64,000 nucleotides of DNA from the human T2T-CHM13v2.0 reference genome, Homo sapiens: NCBI GenBank assembly GCA_009914755.4, contig CP086569.2:12640001-12704000 (forward strand), written 5' to 3'. A model generated the notes under the pieces. It saw only the letters and a program-made list of their open reading frames with translations. It was not told the DNA's origin and did no database searches. This document shows, piece after piece, positions 1 through 15,000 of this stretch (positions within the stretch are counted from its first letter, which is position 1; each line of letters begins with the position of its first letter). A program made the position numbers and the translations under genes.

Positions 1-3000
1 GAATGGACTGGAATGGAATAGACTCGAATGGAATGGAATGGAACAAAATCGAATTGAAAGGATTGGAATTGAAAGGAATGGAATGCAATGGAATGGAATG
101 GACTCCAATCGAATGGAGTCAAATAGAATGGAATCGAATGGAAAGGAATTGAATAGAATGGAATTGAATGGAATCAAAAGGTATAGAATGGAATGGAGCG
201 TAATGGAAAGAGATCGTCTGGATTGGAATGGAATAGAACGGACATGAGAGGAATGGACTGGAATGGAATGGACTCGAATGGAATGCACTGGAGTGGAATG
301 GACACGAATGTAACGGAAACGAATAGAATGTAATTTAATGGAAAGTAACAGAATGGAAACAAATCAGATGGAACGAAATGGAATGGAATGGAGTAGAATG
401 GAATACAATCGATTGGAATGGCTTCGAATGAGATGTAATCTAATGGAATGGACTCGAATGGTGTGTACTCAAATGGAATAGAATGGAATGGAATGACATT
501 GAATGGAATGGAATGGACCCAAATGTAATGGAAATGAATGGAATGGAATAAAATAGAATGGACTCAAAAGAATTGGTCTCCAATGGAATTTATTTGAATA
601 GAATGTAATCGAATGGAATGCAATAGTATGGAATGGAATCGAATGTAATGGAATCAAATGGAATTGACTGGAATGTAATGGACTGGAATAAAACTCACTC
701 GAATTTAATGGATTGCAAAGTAATTGCTACAAATGGAATAGAATCGAATGGAATGGACGAAAATAGAATGGACTGGAATACAACGGACTCGAATCTAATA
801 GATTGTAATGTAAGTGATTCGAATGGAATGGAATAGAATGGAATGTAATCAAATGGAATGAAATGGAATTCAATGGAATGGAACAGAATGGAATGAAATG
901 GAATGGAATGGAGTGCAATTGAGTGGAATGCAATAGAATGGAATGGAATCAAATGGATTTGACTGGAATGGAATGGAGTCGAATGGAGTGGACTGGAACA
1001 AAATGGAATCGAAAGGATTGTAAATCAATGGTATGGAATGGAATGGAAAGAATTGGACTCTAACGGAATGGAGTCAAATGGAATGAAATGAAATGGAAGG
1101 GAAAAAAATGAAATGGAATTGAATGGAATCGAAAAGAATAGTGGAATGGAGAGCAATGGAAAGATATCGAATGGAATGAAATGGAAAAAAAATGGAATCA
1201 AATGGAATGGAATCGAGAGGAATGGATTCGAATGAAATGGACTGGAAAGGGAGGTACTCGAATGGAATGGAATGGAACAAAATGGAATGGAACGAATTGG
1301 AGTTGAACTGAATTGAATGGAATGGAAAAGAGTGGAATGTAAGGGATTCGAATTGAATGGATTCGAATGGAATGGAATCAAAAGGAATGGAATCGAATAG
1401 AATGGAAATGAATGGAATCAAAAGAAATAGAATGGAATGGAGTGTAATGGAAAGATATCGAAAGGAATCATATAAAACGGAATGGACTCGAATGGAACAG
1501 ATTGGAATGGAATGGATTCTAATGGCATGGATTGGAGCGGATTGGACTTGAATGGAATGGAAGGGAAAGGAATGGAATGGAATGGCATGAAATGGAATAG
1601 AATGGAATGGAATTGGATGGAACGGAATAGAATGGAATAGAGTTGAATTTAATACAATCGAATGGAAAGGCCTCGAATGGAATAGAATGGACTCGAATGC
1701 AATGGAAACAAATTGAATGGAATGGAATGGAATTGAAAGGAATGGAATGGAAAGGAAAGAGTAGAATGGAATGGAATGCAAACGGATGGAATGGAATGGA
1801 ATGGAATGGAATGGAATGGAATGGAATGGAATGCAATGGAATGGAATCTAAAGGAAAGAACCGCCTAGAATGGCATGGAATGGAATGCAATGAAATCTAA
1901 TAGAAATAACTCGAATGGAATAGAATTAAATGGAATGGAATGGAATGGAATGCATTGGAAAAGAATGGAATCAAATTTAATGGATTGAAATGTAATTGAT
2001 TCGAATAGAATGGAATGTAACCAAAGGGAATGGAATAGAATGTAACCAAATGGAATGGAATGGAATGCAATGGAATGGAATAGAATGAAATGCAATGGAA
2101 TGGAACGGAGTTGAATAGGGTGAAATGGAATTGAATGGAATGGAATCGAAGGGAAAGAAATTGAATTGAATGGAATGGAATCTAAAGGAAAGAAATTGAA
2201 TGGAATGGACTGGAATGGAATGGACTCGAATGGAATGGCCTGGAACTAAATAAAATCGAACGGATTGGAATCGAATGGAATGCAATGGAATGGAATGGAC
2301 TCTATTGGAATGGAGTCAAAAGGAATGGAAACCAATTGAATGGAATTGAATGGGATTAAAAGGGGTAGAATTGAATGGAGTGTAATCAAAGTTATTGATG
2401 GAATGGAATGGCATGGAATGGACTCGAATGGAATAGTTTGGAATGTAGTGGACTCAGATGGAATAGACTGAAGTGAAATGAACTCGAATGGAATGGAAAC
2501 TAGCGGAAGGGAATGGAAGGGAATGGAAAGGAATAGAATGAAATGGAATCAAATGAAATGGAATGGAATGGAATGGAATGGAATGGAATGGAATGGAATG
2601 GAATGGAATGGAATGGAATGGACTCTAATGGAATGGACCCGAAATGAATAGTATAGAATCGAATGGCATCAAATCGAATGTAATGGAATGGAATGGAAGG
2701 GAATGGAATGGACCCTAATGTATTGCACTGGAATGGAGTGGACTCAAATATAATGGACTCAAAAGGAATGGTCTCGAATGGAATTTATTCAAATAGAATG
2801 GAATCAAACGGAATGCAATAGTATGGAATGGAATTGAATGCAATGGGATCGAATGTAATGGACTGGAATTAAATGGACTCGAATAAAATGGAATCGAACG
2901 GATTGGAATGGAATGGAATGGAATGGAATGCACTCGATTGGAATGGAGTCAAATGGAATGGAATGGAATGGAATGGAATCGAAAGGAATAGAATGGAATG

Positions 3001-6000
3001 GAGTGTAAGGAATGATATCAAATGGAAAGGAATGGAATAGACTCGAATGGAATGAACTGGAACGGAATGGACTCGAAAGGAATAGACTGGAGTGGAATGG
3101 ACTCGAATGTCATGTAAGCGAATGGATTGCAATGGAACGGAAAGGTATAGAATGGAATGGAGTCGGATGGAATGGAATGAAATGGAATAGAGTCGAATGG
3201 AATGACATCGAATGGAAAGGAAAGGAACGGAATGGAATAGACCCAAATGTAATGGAATCGAATGGAATGGACTCAAATACAGTGGACTCGTTAGGAATGG
3301 TCTCGAATTGAATTAATTTGAATAGAATGGAATTGAATGGAATGTACTGGAATGGAATGCACTTGAATGGAAAGGACTGGAGTGGAATGGAATAAAATGG
3401 GATGGAAAATAATCGAATGGAATGGAAGGGAAAGGAAATTAATAAAATGGAACGGAATCGGATGGAATGGAAAGGAATGGAATGGAATAGAATCGAATGG
3501 AATGGCATCGGAAGGAATGGAATGCAATGGAATCTGATGGAACGGAATGGTGTGAAATACAAACGAATGGAATGCCTTTTAATGAAATGGAATGGAATGA
3601 ATGGAAAGGAATGGAATGGACTAGAATGGAATGGAATGGACTGCAACTGATTTGACTCGAATGGAAAGGAAATGAATGGAATGGAATGGAAGGGAATGGA
3701 ATGGAATAGAATGGAATGGAATCGGATGGAACGGAATGGATTGGAATGGAGTCGACCGGAATAGAATCGAATGGAATGGAATCAGATGGAATGGAATGGA
3801 ATGGAATGGAATGGAATGGAATGGAATGGAATGGGCTCGAATGGAATGGACTTGAATGGAGTAGAATCGAATGGAATGGCATCAAATGGATTGGAATGGA
3901 ATTTCATGGAACCAAATGTATTGGACTCGAATGGAATGCACTCAAATAGAATAGACTCGAAAGGAATGGTCTCGAATGGAATTTATTTGAATCAAATGAA
4001 ATGCAATAATATGGAATGGAATTGAAAGAACTGGAATGGAATGGAATGGACCAGAATGGATTGGAGTGGAATAGAATGGGCTCGAATGTAATAGAATTTA
4101 ATGTAAACTAATTGAAAGGAATGGAATCGAATGTAATGTAATCAAATGGAATGGAATGGAATGCAATGGAATGGAATAGAATGGAATGCAATGGAATGGA
4201 ATGGAGTGGAACCTAGTGGAAAGGAATTGAATGGAATGAAATCAAATGGAACGGAATCGAATGGAATGGATTGGAATGGAATGGAATCGAATGGATTGGA
4301 CTGGAATAAAATGGAATTGATTGGATTGGAATCAAACGGAATGGAATGTAATGGAATGGAATCGATTTGAATGGAATATAATGGAACAAAACCGAATTGA
4401 ACTGAATCGAAAGAAAGTAAGTGAATGAAATAGAAATGGATAGAATGGAATGGAGTGTAATGAAAAGATATCGAATAGAAAGGAATGGAATGGAATGGAC
4501 GCGAATGGAAAAGAATGGATTGGAATGGATTGGAGTTAAATGGACTCGAATGGAATGGAAAGCAGTGCAATGGAATGGAATGAAATGGAATGGGAAGGAA
4601 TAGAATGGAATGGAATCACATAGAACGGATTGGAATGGAATGGATTCGAATGGAATGGATTCGAATGGAATGGCATCAAATATAATGCAATGGAACGGAA
4701 TTTAATCGAATGGAATGGACTCAAACGGAATAGAATTGAATAGTATGGCATCAAATGGAATGGAATGGAATGGAATGGAATGGAATGGAATGGAATGGAA
4801 TGGAATGGAATGGAATGCAAGTGACCCTAATGTAATGGACTTGAACGGAATATACACAAATAGAATGGAGTAGAATGGAATGGTCTCGAATGGAATTTAT
4901 TCGAATAGAATGGAATTGAATGGAATGCAATAGAATGGAATGGAATCGAATGGAATCGACTGGAATGGAATGGAATGGAATGGAATACAATGGACACGAA
5001 TGTAATGGATTGCAATGCAATTGATTTGAATGGAATGGAATCCAATGGAATGTAATCAAATGGAATGGAAAGGTATATAGTGGAAGGGAATAGAATGGAA
5101 TGGAATGGAACGTAGTGGAATCGAGTGGAATGGAATAGAATAAAATGGAATTGAATGGAGTGCAATGGAATGCAAAGAAGGGGAATAGAGTGGAATGGAA
5201 TCGAATATAATGGAATCTAATGCAATGAAATCAAATGGAATCGACTGGAATGGAATGGACTCGAAACTAATGGACTGTAACAAAATGGAATCGAATGGAT
5301 TGGACTCGAATGGAACATAATGGAATGGATTGGACTCGAATGGAATGCAGTGGAATGGAATGGACTCGAATGGAACAGAAACGATTATAAAGGAATGGAA
5401 GGGAAAGGAAAGGAATAGATTTTAATGGAATAGGATGGAACGGAACGGAACGGAATGCTGTCAAATGGAATAGAATCGAATGGATTGGCATCGATTGGAA
5501 TGGAATGCAATGGACTCGAATGAAATGGACACTGATGGAATAGAATTGAACAGAATGGCATCCAAAGGAATGGAAAGGAATGGAATGGAGTGGAATGGAA
5601 TGGAATGACATGGAGTGGAATGGAATGGAATGGAATGGAATGGAATGGAATGGAATGGAATGGAATGGAATGGACACAAAATTAATGGAATAGAATGGAA
5701 TGGACTCGAAAGGAATGGTCTCGAATGGAATTTATTCAGAAAGAATGGAATAGAAAGCAATGCAATACTATGGAATGGAATCGAATGGAATGGACCAGAA
5801 TGAAATGGACAGGAATAGAACAGATTCGAATGTAATGGATTGCAATGTAATTGATTCGAGTGACTTGGAATCGAATGGAATGTAATCAAATGGAATGGAA
5901 AGGAATGCAATTGAATGGAATAGAATGGAATGCGATGGAATGGAAAGGAATGGAATGGAATCGAGTGGAATGGAATTGAATGGAAGGTTATCGAATGAAA

Positions 6001-9000
6001 TATATTCAAATGGAATGGATTCGAATGGAATAGACTGGAGCAAAATGGAATCGAACGGATTAGAATCGAAAGGAATGGAATGGAATGGAATGGAATGGAG
6101 TCGAATGGAATGGAATCGAATGGAATGGAGTCGAATGGAATGGAATGGAATGGAATAGAATGGAATGGAATGGAATGGAATCGAAAGGAATAGAATGGAA
6201 TGGAGTGTAATAGAAAGATATTGAATGGGATGGAATGGAATGGACTAGAATGGAATGGACTGGAATGGAATGGACTCGAATGGAATGGACTGGAGTGGAA
6301 TGGACTAGAATGGAACGGAAATGAATGCAATGGAATGGAAAGGAATTAAATGGAATGGAATTCGTTGGAACTTAATGGAATGGAATGGAGTCGAATGGAA
6401 TAGAATCGAATGGAATGGCATCGAATGGAATTGAATGGAATGGGAAGGACTCGAACAGAATGCACTCGAATGGAATAGAATCTAATGGAATGGCATCAAA
6501 TGGAATAGAATGGAATGGAATGGAATGGACTCGAATGGATTGGAAAGGAATGGAATGGAATGAAATGGAATTGAAAGGAATAGAATGGAATAGATTTGGA
6601 TGGAATGGAATGGAATGGAATGGAATGGAATGGCATCGAAAGGAATGGAATGGCATCGAAAGGAATGGCATCGAATGGAGTGGAATGGAATGGAATCGAA
6701 TCGAATGGAATGGATTTGAATGGAATAGAATAGAATGGAAAGGGATCGAAACGAATGGAATGGAATGCAATGGAATCGAATAGAATGGAATGGTCCCAAA
6801 TGTAATGGACTCGAACGGAAAGGACTCAAATAGAATGGATTCGAAAGTAATGGTCTCGAATGGAATTTACTCGAGTAGAATGGAATCGAAAGGAATGCAA
6901 TAGCATGTAATGGAATCAAACGGATTGGAATGGAATGGAATGGACGGGAATGTAATGGACTGGAATAGAATGGACTCAAATGTAATGGATTGCAATGTGA
7001 CTGATTTGAATGGAATGGAATCAAATGGAATGTAATCAAATGTAATCAAATTGAATTCAATTGAATGGAAAAGAATGGAATGCAATATAATGGAATGGAG
7101 TGGAATTGAATGGAATGGAATGGAATCGAATAGATTGGACTGGAATGGAATGGACTCGAATATAATGGCCTGGAATAAAATGGAAACAAACGGATTGGAA
7201 TCAATCGGAATGGAATGGAGTGGAATGGAAGAGAATGGATTCGAATGGAATGCAGTCAAAAGGAATGGAAACTAATGGAATGGAATTGAATGGAATCAAA
7301 AAGAATAGAATGGAATGGAGTGACTCGGGAATACATCAAATGGAATGGAATGGACTAGAAATGAATGTACTGGAATGGATTCGACTCAAGTGGAATGAAT
7401 TGGAGTGGAATGGACTCAAACGGAATGGAAACGAATGGAATGGAATGGAAAGGAATAAAATGGAATGGAATGGGATGGAATGGAATGGCATGGAATGGAG
7501 TCGAATGATATACAATCGAATGGAATGGCATATAATTGAATGAAATTAAATGGACTCGAATGGAACAGAATAGAATGGAAAGGCATCGGAGGGAATGGAA
7601 CGGAATGGAATGGAATGGAATTTAATGGAATGGAATGGAAAGAAACAAATGTAATTGACTAAAAAGGAATGGACTCAAATAGAATGGACTCGAAAGAAAT
7701 GGTCTCAAGTGGAATTTATTCGAATAGAATGGAATCCAATGGAATGCAATAGTATGGAATGCAATAGTATGGAATGGAATCGAATGGAATGTACCAGAAT
7801 GGATTGGAGTGGAATAGAACAGACTCGAATGTAATGGATTGCAATGTAATTGATTTGAAAGGAATGGAGTCAAAAGGAATGTAATCAAATGGATGCAATG
7901 GAATGCAAAGAATCCAATAGAATGGAATGCAATGGAATTCAATGGACTGGAATCGAGTGCAATGGAATTGAATGGAAGGGAATCGAATGGAATGGAACTG
8001 AATGAAATGGACTGGATTGGAATGTACTTGAATGGAATTGACTGAAAAATATTTAATTGATCGGACTGAAATCAAATGGAACAGAATGGAATGGAATGGA
8101 ATGGACACTATTTGAATAGAGTAGAATGGAATGTAACCAAATGGAATGGAATCAAATGGAATGGAATTGAATGGAATCGAAAGGAATAGTATGGAATGAA
8201 CTCTAATGGAAAGTTATCGAATGGAAAATAATGGAATACAATGGACTCATATGGAATGCACTGGAATGGAATGTACTGGATTGGAATGGACTCAAATGGA
8301 ATGGAATGGAATGGAATGGAATGGAATGGAATGGAATGGAATGGAATGGAGTGGAATGGAATGGAATAGAATGGAATGGAATCAGATGGAACTTAATGGA
8401 ATGGAATGGAGTCGAATGGAATAGAATCGAATGGAATAACATCAAATGGAATGGAATAGAATGGAATGGAATGGAATAGAATGGAGTGGAATGGAAAACA
8501 CTCAAATGGATTGGACTCAAATGGAATAGAATCGAATGGAATGGCTCGAATGGAAGAGAATGGAATGGAATGGAATGGACTTGAATGGAATGGAAGTGAA
8601 TGCATTAGAATGAAATGGAATGGAAAGGAATAGAATGGAATGGAATCGGATGACACGGAAAGGATTGGAATGGATTCGAATGAAATAGAAATAAATGGAA
8701 TGGCATCGAATGGAATGGAATGTAATATACTCGAATGGAATGGACTCAAATGGAGTAGAATACAATAGAATGGCATCAAAAGGAAAGGAATGGAATGGAA
8801 TGAAATAGAATGGAACCAAATGTAATGGAATCAAATGGAATGGACTCAAATAGAATTGACTCGAAAGGTATGGTTTAGAATGGAATTTATTTGAATAGAA
8901 TGGAATCGAATGGAATGCAACAGTAAAGAATGGTATCAAATGGAATGGAATCAAATGGAATGGACTGGAATGGAACGGACTGAAATAGAACAGACTCGAA

Positions 9001-12000
9001 CATAATGGATGGCAATTTAATTGATTTGAATGGAATGGAATTGAATGGAATGTAACCAAATTGAATGGAATGGAATGCATTTGAATGGAATAGAATGGAA
9101 TGGATCGGAGTGGAATCGAATGGAATGGAATCGAATGAAACGTAATTGAATGGAATGGAATTGAATCGAATGGACTGGAATGGAATGAACTCGAATGTAA
9201 TGAACTGGATAAAGTGGAAACGAACGGATTGGAATCGTACAGAATGGAATGGAATGGAATGGAAGAGACTGTTCTCGAATGGAATGGAGTCGAAAGGAAT
9301 GGAACTGAATGGAATGTAATTGAATGGAATCGAAAAGAATAGAATGGAATGGAACGTTATGGAAAGATATTGAATGGAATGGCATGGACGCGAATGGAAT
9401 GGACTGGAATGGAGTGAACTCGAATGGAATGGACTGGAATGGATTAGACTCGAATGGAATGGAAACGAATGAAATGGAATGGAAAGGAGTAGAATAGAAT
9501 GGAATTGGATGGAATGGAATGGAATGGAATAGAGTCAAATGGAATAGAATCGAATGGAATGGCATCGAATGGAATGGAACGGAATGTAACGGACTCGAGT
9601 GGAATGGACTCTAATGGAATAGAGTAGAATGAAATGGCATTGAATGGAATGCAAAGGAATGCAATGGATTGCAATGGAATGGACCCAAATGTATAGGAAT
9701 CCAATGGAATGGACTCAAATATAATGGATTCAAAAGGAATGGTCCCAAATATAATTTATTCGAATAGAATGGAATCAAAAGGAATGCAATAGTATGGTAT
9801 GGAATCAAATGGAAAGGAATCGAATGGAATTGACCAGAATGGAATGGACTGAAATAGAAAGGACTCGAATGTAATGGATTGAAATGTAATTGATTCGAAC
9901 TCCTTGGAATCGAATGGAATATAATCAAATGGAATGGAATGGAATGCAATGGGAAGGAATAGAATGGAATGCAATGGAATGGAACTGTGTACAATTGAGT
10001 GGAATGCAATCGAATGGAATGGAATCGATGGAATGAACTGGCATGGAAAGAACTCGAAAGGAAAGGACTGAAAAAAATGGAATCGAACAGATTGGAATTG
10101 AATGGAACAGAATGGAAAAAATGGAACGGAATGGAATGGAATGGATTCTAATGGAATGCAGTCAAATTGAATGAAATCAAATGGAATGGAATCGTACAGA
10201 ATGGAATTGAATGGAATCAAAAGGAAAACAATGGAATGGAGTATAACAGAAAGATATTGAATGTAATGGAATGGAATAGAATGGAGTCGAATGGAATGGC
10301 ACGGAGTGGAATTCACTCGAATGGAATGGACTGGAATGGAATCGAATCCAATGGAATGAACTGGAGAGGAATGAAATCTAATGGAAAGGAAATGAATGGA
10401 ATGGAATGGAATGGAAAGGAATGGAGTGGAAAGGATTATAATGGAAACGAATCGGATGGAACAGAATCGAATGGAGTCGAATTTAATAGAATCAATTGGA
10501 ATGACATCGAATATAATGGAATGGAATGGAATGGAATTCATTGGAGTGGAGTTGACTCTAATGTAATGGAAACGAATGGAATGGAATGGAATGGAATGGA
10601 AGGGAAAAGAATACAATGGAATGGAATCGGATGGAAGATAATGGAAAGGCGTCAAATTAAATAGAATCAATTGGAATGGCATCGAATGGAATGGAATGGA
10701 ATGGAATGGAATGGAATGGAATGGAATGGAATTAAATGGACTCGCATGGAATAGAATTGAATGGTATGTCATTGAATGGAATGGAACGGAATGGAATGGA
10801 ATGGAATGGAATGGAATGGAATGGAATGGAATGGAATGGAATGGAATAGAATGGAATGGAATGGTACCAAAAGTAATGGACTCAAATGGAATGGACTCAA
10901 ATAGAAAGGACGCGAAAGCAATGGTCTCGAATGGAATATATTCAAATAGAATGGAATTGAACGAAATGCAATAGTGTGGTATGGAATCTAATGGAATGGA
11001 CAAACATGGAATGGACGGGAATAGAACGGACTCAAATGCCATGGATAGCATGGTAATTGATTCGAATGGAATGGAATTGAATGGAATGGAATCAAATGGA
11101 AAGGAATGGAATACAATGGAATGGAATAGAATGGAATGCAATGGAATGGAACGAGGTGAAATTGATTGGAATGGAATCGAAAGGAATGGAATCGAATGGA
11201 TTGGGATTGATTGGAATAGACAGGAATGGAATGGACTCGAATGTAATTTAATGGAACAAAATGAAATCAAACGGATTGGAACCGAACAAAACGGAATGGA
11301 AGGTAATGCAATGTCCTCGAATGGAATGGAGTCGAATGGAAGGGAATCAAATGGAATGGAATTGAATGGAATGGTACTGAATGGAATCGAACGGAATTTA
11401 ATTTAATGGAGTGTAAAGCAAAGATATCGAATCCAATGGAACAGAATGGAATTGACTTGAATGGAATGGAATGGAAAGGAATGGAAAGGAATGGAATGGA
11501 GTCGAATGGAATGGACTGCAGTGCAATGGACTCGAATGGAATGGAAACGAATGGAATGGAATGTAACGGAATGGAATTGAATACAATGGAAACGAATAGA
11601 TAGAATGGAAAGTAAAGGAAATATATCGAATCTAATAGAAAGGAATGGAATGGACTCGAATGGAAAGGAATGGAATAGAATGGAATCGAATGTCATGGAC
11701 TGGAGTGGAACGGTCTCGATTGGAATGGAAAATAATGGAATGGAATGGATTGGAATGGAAAGGAATAGAATGGAATGGAATCGTATTGAATGGAATGGAA
11801 AGGAATGGAGTCAAATGAAATAGAATCTAATGGAATGCAATCAAATGTAATGGAATGCAATGGATTCTAATGGAATGGACTCAAGTGCAATACAATAGAA
11901 TCGAATGGCATGGAATGGGATGAAATAGAATGGAATACAATAAAATGGAAAGGAGTGGAACCGAGGGGAATGGAATCGAACAGAATGGAATGGAATGGAA

Positions 12001-15000
12001 TCGAATGGAATGGAATGGAATGGAATGGAATGGAATGGAATGGAATGGAATGGAATGGGTTAGAATGCAATGGAATCGGATCGAATGGAATGGAATGGAA
12101 TGGAGTTGAATGGAATAGATTCGAATGAAATGCCAACGAATGGTATGGAATGGAATGGATTGGACTCAAATGGAATAGAATTGAACTGAGTGGCATCGAA
12201 TGGAATGGAATGGAATGGAATGGAATGGAATGGAATGGAATGGAATGGAATGGAATGGACCAAAACGTAATGGACTCTAATGCAATGGACTCAAATAGAA
12301 TGGACACAAAAGGAAGGGTCTCGAATGGAATTTATTGAAAAAGAATGGAATCAAATTGCATGCGATAGTATGGAATGGAATCAAATGGAATGGAATTAAT
12401 TGGAATGGACCAGAATGGAATGGACTGGAATATAACGGACTCGAATGTAATGGATTGCAGTGTATTTGATTCAAAAGGAATGGAATTGAACGGTATGTAA
12501 TTAAATGGAAAGAAATGGAATGCAATCGAATGGAATAGAATGGAATGCAATGGAATGGAACCTAGTGTAATCGAGTTGAATGGAATTGAATGGAATGGAA
12601 TCAAATGGAATGGAGTGGAATTCAATGGACTCGATTGGAATGGACTGGAACAAAATAGAATCGAACGCATTGGAATCGAACTGAATGGAATGGAATGGAA
12701 AAGAATGGACGTCAATGCAATGGAGTCGAATGGAATGGAACCGAATGCAATGGAATTGAAGGGAATTGAAAGGAATAGAATAGAATGGAGTGTAATGGAA
12801 AGATATCGAATGGAATGGAAAGAAGTGGAATCGACTCAAATGAAATCGTGTGGAACGAAATGGACTCGAATGGAATTGAATGGAACAAAGTGGACTCGAA
12901 GGGAATGGACTGGAATGGAATGGATTAGAAAGGAATGGAAACGAACGGAATGGAATGGAATAGAATGGAATGGAATCAGATGGAATGAAATGGAATGAAA
13001 TGGAGTAGAATGGAATAGAATCGAATGCAATGGCATCGGATAGAATGGAATGGAATGGAATCTAATGTACTTAAATGGAATGGACTCGAATGAAATAGAA
13101 TAGAATGGAATGGCATCGAATGGAATTTACTGGAAGAGAGATTAATGGAAAGATATTGAATAGAAAGGAATGGAATGAACTCAAATGGAATGGACTGGAA
13201 TGGAATGGACTCGAATGGAATGGACTGGAATGGAATGGTCTGGAATGGAATGGACTGCAGAGGAATGGTCTCGAATGGAATGGAAACGAATGGAATGGAA
13301 TTGAATGGAATGGACATTAAAGGAATAAAATGGAAGGTATCAATGGAACATAATGCAATGGAATAGATTTGAATGGAATACTTTCAAAAGGAATGGCATT
13401 GAATGGAATGGAATGGAAAGGACTCGAACGGAAAGGACTCGAATGGAATTGAATAGAATGGAATGGCATCGAATGGAATGGAATGGAAGAGAGTGTAATT
13501 GAAAGATATCGAATGGAATGGAATGGACTCGAATGGAATGGCCTGGAATGGAATGAACTCGAATGGAATGGACTGGAGTGGGATGGACTCGAATGGAAAG
13601 GAAACGAATTGAATAGAATGGAATGGAATGGAAACAATACAATGAAATTGAATCGAATGGAACTGAATGTAATGGAATGGAGTCGAATAGAATAGAATCG
13701 AATTGAATGACATCGAATGGAATGGAATGAAATGGAATGGAATGGAATGGAATGGAATGGAATGGAATGGAATGGAATGGAAAGGACTTCAAAGGTGTGG
13801 ACTCTAATGGAATAGAATATAATGGAATGGCATCGAATGCAAGGGAATGGAATGGAACCCAATGTATTGGACTCGAATGGAATGGACTCCAATAGAATGG
13901 ATTCGAATGGAGTGGTCTCAAATTGAATTTATTCAAATAGAATGGAATCGAATGGAATTCAATAGAATGGAACGGAATCGAACGGATTTGATTCAAACGG
14001 AATGGAATGCAATGGAATGGAGTCGAATGGAATGGAATTGAATTGAATGGAATCGAATAGAATGGAACTCAATGGAATCGAAAGGAATACAATGGAATGG
14101 AGTGTAATGGAAAGATATCAAATGGAATTGAATGGACTCGGTGGAATGGACTGGAACAGAACTGACTCGAATGGAATGGAGTGGAGTGGAATGGACTCTA
14201 ATGTAATGGAAACTAATGGAATGGAATGGAATGGAATGGAATGGAATGGAATGGAATGGAATGGAATGGAAAAGAATAGAATGGAATGGAATCGGATGGA
14301 ACAGAATGGAATGGAGTTGAATTTAATAGAATCAATTGGAATGACATCGAATATAATGGAATGGAATGGAATGGAATGGACTTGACTGGAGTGGAATGGA
14401 CTCTAATGTAATGGAAACGAATGGAATGGAATGGAATGGAAGGGAAAAGAATAGAATGGAATGGAATCGGATGGAATGGAATGGAATGGAGTCGAATTGA
14501 ATAGAATCAATAGGAATGGCATCGAATGGAATGGAATGGAATGAAATGAAATGGACACGAATGCAATGGCCTCAAATGGAATAGAATCGAATTGTATGGC
14601 ATCGAATGGAATGGAATGGAATGGAACGGAACGGAACGGAACGGAATGGAATGGAATGGAATGGAATGGAATGGAATGGAATGGAATGGAATCGACCCAA
14701 AAGTAATGGACTCAAATGGAATGGACTCAAATAGAAAGGACTCGAAAGCAATGGTCTCGAATGGAATTTATTCGAATAGAATGGAATCGAATGGAATGCA
14801 ATAGTATGGAATGGAATGAAATGGAATGGACACGAATGGAATTGACTGGAATAGAACGGACTTGAATGCCATGGATAGCAATGTAATCGATTCGAATTGA
14901 ATGGAATCAAATGGAATGTAATCAAATGGAATGGAATGGAATGCAATGGAATGGAATAGAATGGAATGCAATGGAATGGAACGGAGTGAAATCGAGTGGA